A stretch of DNA of 64,000 bases from NCBI GenBank assembly GCA_013265495.1, contig PNXW01002946.1, positions 1 through 64,000 on the forward strand. The letters are read 5' to 3'. Positions within the stretch are counted from its first letter, which is position 1. Every line of letters begins with the position of its first letter. The position numbers and the translations under genes are program-made. This DNA is from Vicugna vicugna. Its lineage: Eukaryota. Positions 38,775 through 50,171 of the stretch are shown here, piece by piece. The notes under the pieces were generated by a model, which saw nothing but the letters and a program-made list of their open reading frames with translations, was not told the origin of the DNA and did no database searches.

Positions 38775-41592
38775 GATTTATGGTGCCCTGACTTATGTTT
38801 AAGTCTTTAAGCCATTTTGAGTTAATTTTTGTGTTTGGTGTGAGGGTGTGTTTTAACTTTATTGATTTATAATGCAGCTGTCTAACCTTCACAACACCAC
38901 TTGCTGAATAGACTGTCTTTTCTCCATTGTATATTCTTGCCTTCTTTGTCAAAGATTAATTGACCATAGGTGTGTGGGTTTATTTCTGGGCTCTCTTTCT
39001 TGTTCTATTGACCCATATATCTGCTTTTGTGCAACACTACACTGTTTTGATTACTGATTCTTTTTCTTCAGGACATCATTGGCAATTGTGGGTAATCTGT
39101 GGTTCCATATAAATTTTAGGATTAGTTTTTTCTCGTACTGAGAGTAATGTCTTGGATAATTTGATAGAGATTTCGTTAAATAGGTTTTGTTTGTCTGAAA
39201 AATTCTTTGTCTCTCTTTCTATTCTAAGATAGTCTTGTTGGGTAGCATGTCCTAGGTTGCAGGTTTTCCTCTTTCAGGACTTTTAAAATTTATCTTGACA
39301 CTCCCTTTTGGCCACCAAGATTTCTGTAGAGAAATCAACTGATAGACTTCGGGGGGTTCCCTTGTAACTAATTCTTTATTATTTTTTTCTTTCTGGCTTT
39401 AGAGTCTTTTCTTTATCTTTAATTTTGGCCATCTTAACCATAATATGTCTTCATGGGGGTCTATTAAGTTCATCATGTTTGGGACCCTCTGTGCTTACTC
39501 TACTTAGATATCTGTTTCCTTCTTTAGGTTTGGGAAGTTTTCAGTCATTATTTCTTCAAATACATTTTCATCCTCTTTTTCTCTTTCTTCTCTTTCTGGA
39601 ATCACTATTATATGTAGATTGACATGCTTTATATTGTCCTATAGGTCTCTTATACTGGTTTCACTTTTTCTGTTTGTTTGTTTTGTTTTTCTGTCTGTTG
39701 TTCTGATTAGGTGATTTCCATTATTCCATATTCTAAATCACTTATTTGTTACTCTGTATTATTTATTCTGCCCTTGATTTCCTTTAGCTTTTATCCTGGC
39801 AATTTAATTTCCTGATTTTAATTAGCTCCTCTCTATAGTTTCTATTTCCTTTTTATAGTATTCTGCATTTTTGTCAATAGATTCTCTTATTTTCTTCAGT
39901 GCTTTTATAATCTCCTTTTTGGTAGACTGCAGAGGTCTTTTTTTGTTGTTGTTGTTCTTTTAGGGAATTTCTCTTGTTCTTCTAACTGGGATTGGTTCCT
40001 CAGCTTCTTCATTTTACTTACATTTCTCTGATTCTGAATTAAGGCGTATCAGTTATCTACTGCTATCTTGAAGGGCTGTTTTTATGTAAGAGTGTTACTA
40101 CGTAGACTGTGCACATCTCATATTTTTGTTCAAGCGCTGTTTTAGTATGGATGGATGCAATGTCTTTCCTCCATGTGTTCTGTTTTCCCTTAATTGGGGT
40201 TGTGATAGGTGTTGTGGTGACTGGAGACTGCACTGGATCTTGAGTGGGACTTCCCCTTTGATCTGTTGTTTCACAGTCCTATCAGGGGCTGGGTCTTCTC
40301 CCTTGCTGGAATAGAGGACCCTGGATTCACTTCTGAACTGCAGTTTGTGGTAGGCAGAATTGTAGAACTTCTGCTGAGAAAAGAGCCACTGAGTATTCCT
40401 CTGCAGGAAATGTCCACTAGGAAGTGGGGTCAACTGTCACTCATATGTGTGCTTATAAAGTATACTTTGTTGGTGCTGCACCTGTCCCTGTCTCAGTCAC
40501 AGGAGTTCCAGAAAACCACCCTGTTGTCTCCCAGGCTTCATGTCCACAAAGCCTCCAGTGCAGATCCACCAATGTTGGGCACCAGGGCCCACCATAGTGT
40601 GTGTGCATTTTTGCACCCAGATCCATCATGGATTATAGCCCTGCCTCTGCATACACTCACCTACTGGTAACAACCAGACCTGACTCTGCTGGGCACCAGA
40701 AGTCAGATCAGATGTCCCAAAAATACCAAGTCCACAAATGCACCAGTGGAGCACATCCAACATAGCCACTTGGGGCTCAAGTCAAATCTCAATCCTGCCT
40801 GCAAAGTTGTACCACCCCTGGGAATGGGTTCAGTTTCAGACCTGCCTCTACCTGCAAGCCACTCACCAGTGATAGTGCCTTTTCTGAGTAAGCAGAGAAG
40901 ACTGTTACATCTGAATTCTCCCTCTCCCTCTCCCTCTCCCTCTAGGGAGGCAGGTTAACAATGGTGTCAAGTAATGTCTTCTGGGGCTAGTGGAAAAGGC
41001 TGCTATGGCTGCATTGCATCCCTTTCTGTGTGCACCAGGAGTGGGGTTTTCTATGGTGGACCCAGGCTCTTTTGCATACACTCCCAGCCTCAGCCTTCAC
41101 TGCATTCCAATCCCCTGAAGCTGCCTCTGTGCAGTCAACCCCAGGGCTCTCCCTGGGTCCATCCTCTGATGGACTGAATTCCAGTACCTAGTCCTGCCCT
41201 ACAACAGCTGGCTCATATCTCAGGCTAGGAATCACACAGACCCTCTCTGCCAGTTTCTCTCTGTTCTGTCTGCCAAGCAGCTGCTGCTTTCTCCTCTGAG
41301 CCTCTGAAGATCCCTGTGTCCCAGCTGACCTTACTGCTGGAGAGAGGGCTTCCCATGGTGAGAATGTACTTTTCCTCCTTCATTGTTCCTTCCCTGAGGT
41401 ATAGGTCCTGCCCCAATTTCATTTTTTCTCCTATCCAGTTTCTTGAAGATTTTCTTTGTAGCTCTAGTTATACAAGATCTTTTGTCAAAGTTCAGTATGT
41501 AGTCTGTGAGAATTGTTCTACATGTAGATGTGGTTTAATGTATTCATGGGAGAGGGTTGCTGCATGTCTTTCTATTCTGCCATCTTGTATAC
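38775..41592 (-). mobile_element. LINE-1 with 5'UTR and ORF1, joined across an internal deletion (about 39180) to a distal ORF2 fragment
   Basis: ORF2 peptide ...KLKHTLTPNTKINSKWLKDLNI at about 38790-38950. ORF1 remnants 39180-40025. 5' end TCTATTCTGCCATCTTG at about 41586. Confidence 0.88.
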
Positions 41593-41604
41593 CCTTCCTG
41601 TCCT

Positions 41605-41935
41605 TTAATTTCTAGTTGAGTTCAGCTAACAGAAAAAACTGGCAAGAAAACTTCAAGACAATGAAGTTGGAGTATTTACTCCAGCTTTCTCTGTCCTGTG
41701 TTTCCTATCTTTACCAAAAGACAAAGCTTCTCTGGGAAGCTGATTATCACATATATACTCTCTTCAGGCTCAGGTAATTACTCACACTTATCATTTTTTA
41801 ATCTAGATGTAGATAAAACCGTCCCAATCTTTCTAGCTCCCCAAGTATACTGTTCTACCTATTGCTATTTCTCTATACCCAGCACAAATTTGTGTACTCC
41901 TTTTATTTTTGTTTCAGTTTTGTTCTTCAAGTGAG
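41605..41935. mobile_element. Possible ancient ERVL-type LTR fragment (LTR16-like)
   Basis: Weak resemblance only (GTTGAGTTCAGCTAA...GAAGTTGGAGTATTTACTCC). Confidence 0.3.
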
Positions 41936-44909
41936 GTCCTAGTTGCACACACACAGACACAACATATAGAATAAAAACACAAATCAACAATTGAATAAAT
42001 AAATAATTTTTTCAAGTGGACCAAAACAAAAATAAAGCATGACCTCTAGAACACTAGATCCAGAAATTAGGATGGCATTAGAATCTCTTCAGAAATCTGT
42101 TGGTTTCAAGGTTTTCCATTGCTTCAGTTCAAACCCTTCGGAGAAAATATCTACTTAAATATCTATATTTTGTGACCTTTCAAGTAGCTGAATCTTGATA
42201 TTTGTAGTCCTGAATTAAAATTTCTGGAAAATCTTTTTGTCCCTGTGAAATTGAGAAGCTAGAGCCTGTGCATGCATTCAACATCCTTATGAAAGAACTG
42301 GAGTCTGAAACTTAAGTAGTAACAAGAATATTCATATATTAATTCTCAGAGTAGTACAAGGCAAAAACCTTAAATATGAGAATCAGAGAGATGAATTTCC
42401 CCAACAAATTATATACAGACAAAACATGAAAGCTTTCTTAACTTTTTGATATTCATAAATTTATCATGAGGAAAATTAACTTCAATGTCTATTAGCAGCT
42501 CACTAACATCACTTTCTAAGTAATTCCACCAAGTTTTCCTTTTTTTGTTTGCTAAAATAAACTTTAGAGATGAAATGAGAAGATTTGAACACATAAGGTA
42601 TATTCGATAAATGTTATTTGTGCAAAATAAACATATCCATATGATTTTTCATCACTGAACATTGTAATTCAGAAACAGATATTAAACTTAGAAAATTTAG
42701 CCAAATGATTTATTATAAAATAACACAGATTGAGAGTATCTGACACACCTCACATATAGGCCCTTTATCAAATTAAAAAAAATCATCTTCAGAGTTCTAT
42801 GTTTAATAAACACAATTTACTGCACAGATGGCAGCAAATAGAATTTCAACATTAAAAATTTTAGAATAATCAACATTTTATTTAAGTTAAATATATGAAT
42901 TTAGAAAGTACTTTAAAAGAAGAAAATTGAATTAAAAATATAATTAAATGTCTAAAACCATTCTGAATCCACAAATGACATATCTCTATTGCATATAACT
43001 ATTTTGGAATTTTTATAGGAAAATAATTTATACATAAATATAGAACAAGTTTTTCATCTGATAAGGCTAAATTGAGTATCTTCCCATGCGGATGGGGAAG
43101 ATAATGCTAAAATATACACATATTCTGATGTCACCATCGTAGAAAAAATAATGGCAATATTGGAATCATGATTAATAATAATTCTACATGAATAACAGGC
43201 AGTACATAGATCAAATTGACAGGACACTATGATAGGTTTCCAGAATCTATAGTTAGAATGTTTGCTGATACTTGACAAAGTGATACTGCATATTCAAGAA
43301 ATGATTGAGCATTGTTTTAGTTATTAGATATCCAATTCACAAAACGCCACCCCAAATTTAAAAGCTGATATTTATTAAGTACTTACAGTGCCACACTTCA
43401 TTAATTAAGTTTCAGGCTGGGATGTGCAGATAAGCTGGGTGTGGATGTGAAAGAGAGAGAGAGACTTCTTACTTTAAAAATCTTGGAATTATAATATATC
43501 ATCAAAGAATATATTCTAAAAAATTTTATGCACATATACACTAAATATGAACCTAAGTGTTGGGATGACAAATATAATAAATGAAGTGATACCGAGTTGT
43601 TGAAGACTTTTGAACTATATTTTTATTTACTGTGTGTCCTAAACAGGACCTTTTGCAGTTCATTTTAAATATTGATATATGTGTTTATTCTTTGTTAGTG
43701 TTATTAAAATTTTATTAAAATATTCAAATTAATGTCCTAGTAGAGTATATTTTCCAGGTACATTAAGAGAAAAATACATTTTGTTTCTTTAATTCCTCTC
43801 ATCAAAAGATATAAGGGAGCATATTTTTAGGAACAGTTGGGAATATATTTAAAAATCTACACATCACATATTTCTTCCCACAGGATTTAACTTCATGTTG
43901 GGTTGACTTTATGGTGACCTGTGAAATTACACAGAGCCCTATGTCAAGCAGGGAGCTGTGTTTGGTTTAGTGCTCTGTTTTTAATTATCTTGATTTTTTT
44001 TACTAAGAAACAATACATTTTTATCTTGCATTGAGATCTGCAAAGTATGCAATCTGTACTGATTATCCGTTCAGAATTTTTTTCTTTACTCATTGATATA
44101 CCTTGGCCCCTAAAACAGTGGCTAAATTATAGTAGGTATTCATTAAGTATCTGTTAAACAAAACTGTACACTTGAAGCTCAGTTAAAACTACATAATGAT
44201 GTGCTAATTCCTCTGCATCTTCACCATTCCTAGGCCCATTTTAAGAATATGACTTTCTCTTCCTCAAAATAATAGTGTAGATAACTGTAACATAATTGAA
44301 ACAGTTTGACTTTGCTCTCTATGTAAAAATCTAAAAATAAAAAATATACCACTTTGAGTTTTAGACTAAAAAATTACAAGCTCTCTTCTTATTTAGGGAA
44401 GATTATTATTTTTATGTAATTCAACAATGCAATGAAACTTTAGGAACATTGTCTTATTGTGTCTTCTTGTATAATTCATGTTTTTAATTGACGCCAGTGT
44501 ACTTGAACTTTCCAGGATCATATCATCATATTTAATCTTTAATTTCTTCTTATATCTTTTTGAGGGTTTCATCATACTGAAGAAATTAACTAGTTTTTTC
44601 TTAATGCTACTAAAATTCTGTAAACTCCAGACAAATACATAAACATTCCTACTGAGCTTTTTACCTAGGTGCTTCGTAGACACTCAGAACTCAGGATTCT
44701 GATGAAGATTTATTTATCTCACATATGCTGCAGGACCCCCTTAAACGTACACATACCCTAATAGAATTTTGTTTGCTCTTCTATGTAATGATCTATCAAT
44801 TTGTAGAAATTTGATATCATGGCTTTTTTACTTAAAACACACAAAATATTTGAAACTGAAAATTTGAAATAGAAAATATTTCAACTTTATTATACCCAGA
44901 ATGATTCTT

Positions 44910-45402
44910 TTTTAATTTTTTTATTGAGTTATAGTCATTTTACAACGTTGTGTCAAATTCCAGTGTAAAGCACAATTTTTCAGTTATACATGAACATACA
45001 TATATTCATTGCCACATTTTTTTTCACTGTGAGCTACCACAAGATCTTGTATATATTTTCCTGTGCTATACAGTATAATCTTGTTTATCTATTCTATATA
45101 TGCCTGTCAGTATCTACAAATTTTGAAATCACAGTCTGTCCCTTCCCATCCCCTGCCCCCTTGGCAACCACAAGTTTGTATTCTATGTCTATGAGTCTGT
45201 TTCTGTTTTGTATTTGTTTTTTTTTTAATTCCACATATAAGCGATCTCATATGGTATTTTCCTTTCTCTTTCTGGCTTGCTTCACTTAGAAATGACATTC
45301 TCCAGTAACATCCATGTTGTTGCAAATGGCATTATGTTGTCAGTTTTTGTGGCTGAATAGTATTACATTGTATAAATATACCACATCTCCTTTATCCAGT
45401 CA
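44910..45402 (-). mobile_element. 5'-truncated colinear young L1 with TSD
   Basis: TSD ATA(C/T)CCAGAATGATTCTT at 44892-44909 and 45403-45420. Confidence 0.92.
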
Positions 45403-47160
45403 ATATCCAGAATGATTCTTAAAGTTAAACATGTACTGTTGCTGAATTCATAAATACTCTGATATTTGGATGGAAAAATAAAAAAAAAGATAAAGCTTAA
45501 AATTTTAATCTTTACTTTTCCTTATTATTTACCTGAATAATAGATAATATTTATTTTAAACAGACTATATATCTCTGAAAGAGAAATCATAAAATTAAAT
45601 GTAGAGAATAATAATCTTACATGTATTTCTGAACAAGATGGGGTAACAGAAAACAGATTTACCTTTCCACAGCTAGATTGTGGACTAAATATATGAATAA
45701 ATGATTTTCAGACATTGAACATTAGACATCATGAAACACTGATTCTTTAGAAAGAAGAAATAAAAAAGATGAGTCCTTTAATTTTGCTGTCTTACTAAGA
45801 GTTTCCAGGCTATGACACAAGAAAGAGGAACTCAGATATAGCCTGGAAGTATTCTTGAATTAAGGAGATGAAAATATAAGTCTGTGGAGTCCAATATTCC
45901 CAGATGGCAGAGTACCAATTGGAAAAGAGCAACAAAAAGAATAAGACCTTTGTCAACTTTGGTGGACACTTTTCAATCTCCAACTGAGTCTTGATCAGTT
46001 CATGCATGCAAGGAAGTTACCCCAAGTCAAATAAAGAACTGCCTAAAAGGAGCTTAAAAGTGATCAATATAGGTTATACTTATTTCAACCTGAATAGAAA
46101 AATTCATAATTCATAAAGCATGAGGTAGTAACCTCAAACGTGCATTGCCAAAGAAAAAAAATAGCTCTAGAGTAGAAAAACCTCAGGTTTCACCTAAAAT
46201 TCAAAAGCAAGCCTCGAAATAATCAAATTATTTATAATAAACTTAACTATATTCTAAAACAAACTCAAGATGATTTATAGCAATAGAATATCCAATAGGC
46301 AACAAGGTAAACATTTAAAAAAATGTATGATAACCAATCGAAAATTAATAAATATGCAATAAAGCAGGTACATTTCAGTCATAATAATGAGAAAGTCAAT
46401 TACTAGAAACAAAATCAGAAATGATATAAAAGTAGAATTAATAGTTAAGGACATTAAAATAGCATTTATAACTCTATTCTGTATGGCCAAGAAAGTGGAG
46501 GAAAAAGAATATGCATGTTTAGAAGAATACAAAAATTTTCAAAATAGAAATACAATGCCTAAAATAAGCAAACAAAAACTAGTAGAGTTATTGCTATATT
46601 AGACAGTAAAGAAAAAAGATTAGTAAATTTCAATGCATGTCAATGATATCCAAAATGAAACATACAGAATAAAATAACTAAAAATTAAAGAAATGCATTC
46701 TGTGAGTTTGGGGAAAATTTAAAGAAGCCTACCATATATTTGGGAGGAGAAAAATATGAAAAGAAGAGTAAATATTTAAATTTATAATTGCCTTTTAAAA
46801 TTTTATTGAAAATTAAAAATCTGTATATTGAAGAAATGTAATAAAACATAATTAAGAAAAAATAGGGTAAAACTGTATCAAAATATATTATAATACAACT
46901 GTTAAAACCAGTGGCAAAGAAAAAAAATTAAAAGCATCAAGAGAAGAATTAAAAACACAGACCAATGCAAAATTGACAAGAGACTTCTTGGAAAAGTCAC
47001 AACCCAAAAGACAGTGGAACAAAATCTTTACTGTTATTAAAATGTAAAAAATTTGAATTGAAAATTCTATACTCAGAAAAAATATCTTTCAAAATCAAAG
47101 GTGAAATCAATATAATTTGAGAAATACAAAGGCTTAAATAATTTATTGCATACCTGAACT

Positions 47161-47696
47161 TGTTACCAAGTCCAAACTCATTCCACTTGCTGCATGACAG
47201 GCCAATAAATTAGGAGACCAGGTGTTGGGGTAAGGGAAAGTGACTTTATTTGGAAAGCCAGCAGATCAAAAAGATGGCAGACAAATGTCCTGGAGAACCA
47301 TCTTACCCAGGTCAGAATTCAGTCTCCTTTTATACTTAAAAGGAGATGGGGTATGCTGGTTGTTGCAAAATTCTTGGTAAAAGAATCCATTGTTCTTTGA
47401 ATCCTTTGTTCTTGCAGTTGTCCACATGCGTAAGATCATGGTGTCCCTGTAAACCTCAAACAAAACAAATGTTATTTTCTATTCTTCAACTTGTTAACTT
47501 TATATGAATGGAAAAGTGTTAATATCCTTAAAAGTTAGAGCCTTGACAGTAGACTGTTTGGTATATTTCAGCCTATAGGCAACATTCTTTTACAAAAGAT
47601 GCAGAACCACCAAGACTAAGCATAAGAAACAGAACATAGGGTTAAAGTTAAAGGAACAGATCCAATATGGAATCAGATTTGTTCTTTTCTATTACA
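47161..47696 (-). mobile_element. ERV1-class solo LTR, same family as 34260-34706
   Basis: Reverse complement starts TGTAATAGAAAAGAACAAATCTGA and ends GTAACA; flanks AACT/AAGT (decayed 4-bp TSD). Confidence 0.92.
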
Positions 47697-49144
47697 AAGT
47701 TAGAGTGTTAAATTGCCACAGATAAAAGACAAATTAAGACAAATGGAAATCTGGGTCTACAGAAAGGAATAAAGAACATCTGAAGTGGAATTCTGTGGAT
47801 ACATACAAAATATTATTTTTTAAATCTCTTTAAAATATAATTGACTGCTCACAGAAAAAAAATTGAGGGACTAATTAAAAAAATACAATGAGAACAAGTG
47901 GTACAAAGGCCATGAGAAGATGGAAATATTCTGTTGTAAGTTTTCAACACTATTTGTAAAATGGTATCATATTTACTGTGTTAGAATGTATTAATTTAAA
48001 TAAGTATATTTTAAAATTTAAGGAGTCACTAAAAAGGTCCATTTTAACTAAATGGTAAACAGAGAAGAGAAAATGGTGGTTTGAAAAAGTACATAATTAC
48101 TCCAAAAGAAATTGGAAAAAAGAAAAAGGATCAGATGGGACAAATAAAAAGTAAATGATGAGACATTAGATTTAAATCTATCTGTATGAATAATTAAATC
48201 AAGTGTTAATGGTCTCAAATCCCCAGGTAAAAGGCAGAGATTGTCAGATTCAATAAAAATTTAAGACTCAATTATATGATACCTACCAAAGTAACAACAA
48301 ACAAACAAAAAAATCACTTTAAATGTAAAGATACTGATAGGTTATAATTTTATAAGTGGAAAAAAAATCTATCATGTTTTTATCAAAAGCAAGTTGGAAT
48401 AGCTATATTCTTATCCTAAAAAAATGAAGTGTCTCAGAGAATGAAGCGTTGGAATTTGAAATAGAAGATACTATATACAATAGTATAAAAATATGAAATT
48501 CTTAGTCATATATTTAGCAAATATGTTATGTATTTGGCAAATGTCATGGAAAACTTTTACACTGACTGCTACAAAACATTGCTGAGATAAATCAGAGAAA
48601 TATTGATGTTATGTACCAAGAATAGTTAAAATAATGTTGAGAAGAGCAATAAAGTTTTAGAACTTAAATTTTGACCTCATCACTTCATAATACAGCTACA
48701 GTAATAAAATCTGATATTGCGCTAAAAATGGACACATAAGTCAGCAGAACATAATAGTTTTGCATATATATAGCAAATTGAATTTGGACAAACATGCCAT
48801 GACAGTTCATTTTGAAATAATTTTTTCAACAAATTGTCCTGGAACAACTGGATAGCCATATTCAATATTTTTAAAAAAGACTTTTGCATTTACTTTACAC
48901 TATATTCAGAATTAAGCTATAAAAGTATCATAGATAAAAATGTAAGAATAAAAATTTGAAATATCTAGGCAAAGATTTGGTAGAAAATTGTGATAACCTT
49001 GGCTTTCACAAATAATTTTAAAATAAGATTTAAAACATGAAAAATAAAGAAAAAATTAAAAACTGGGATTTCATAAAAAATGAGAAGGTAGGAGAAAAAA
49101 TGCCCACTTTGCAAAGCATATTTATAACAAAAAGATTGTATGTG

Positions 49145-49147
<3 letters not shown>

Positions 49148-49182
<35 letters not shown>
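49148..49182. repeat. (TA)n microsatellite
   Basis: Read directly. Confidence 0.95.
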
Positions 49183-49188
<6 letters not shown>

Positions 49189-50171
49189 AATTCTTATAAC
49201 TCAATCATCAGAAAACAAGCAAATACTAAAAATGGGCAAAAAATTTGAATTACCAAGGAAAATTTTTTGATTGAAAATAATCACATACAAAGATGTTCAA
49301 AATCATTAGTCAAAAAATTGTAAATTAAAACCACAATTAGATTATACTGCACACGTATTTGAATGACTCAATTTAAAATGATTGATCATACCAAATGCAG
49401 ACAAGCTGAGAAATACTAGAATTTCCATACACTGCTGGTGGGAATACCAACTGATACTACTGCTTTAGAAAATGTATCTTCCCATTCCATGTCTAGGTAT
49501 AAATAAAAACATATGCCCACACAAAGACTTGTACAAAATGTTCGTAACTTATCTGTGTGATAATCCAAAAACTAGAAATAATCCAAATGTTCACTGATAC
49601 ATGAATGAGTAAACAAATTTTGGAATATGAGTACTTGAGGATACTACTCAGCAATTAAACAAATGAAGTACTGAATACATGCAACAATAAAACTGTCTCA
49701 GAAAAGTATGTTGAAAGAAAACAGGCACAAAAGAATAGATTATTTATTATTTTATACATATACATTTCTAAAAACTAAAAAAAAAAAACCTCTTTCTTAA
49801 CTATGGAAACTATACCAGAGGTCGACTAGGGATGGAGGGAATGATTAGAAAAGGGTAAATTTGAAAAAAAATAAAAAGCATAAAAAGGTATGAGGAAAAT
49901 TTTGGAGTGTATATACATATACATATATATTCACTGTCTTAGTTTTCATGTGTGAAACTAATATCAAAATTTATGAACTTGTTTATTCTGTGTATTTAAT
50001 CACATGTCAAATATTCTGCAATAAAGATTTTTTAAATGTCAGTGGCTTAATTGAGGCTACATTGCTAAGTTTTGAGGAAAGCTCTCAAAAATACATCCTA
50101 CTATCATGCACTACATATATATACATGTGAGTTCTCACTAATTTCATATATGAGAATGGAATTATTAAAAA

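Larger units (their letters stand above)
45600..50035 (+). mobile_element. Very old, fragmented L1 (L1MC/ME-like)
   Basis: A-rich decayed ORF1/ORF2 pieces (e.g. AATTAAAACCACAATTAGATTATAC, CACTGCTGGTGGGAAT, AATCCAAATGTTCA); ends CAATAAAG at about 50025. Confidence 0.75.

Noticed and set aside
7870..45402. Recurring ~200-500-bp element as a novel SINE or regularly spaced array
   Set aside because: The longer copies extend into the L1 ORF2 C-terminus, so these are truncated L1 3' ends; spacing is irregular.
34260..47696. The two ERV1 LTRs as the ends of one provirus
   Set aside because: Opposite orientations, separate TSDs, and no gag/pol/env or PBS between them.
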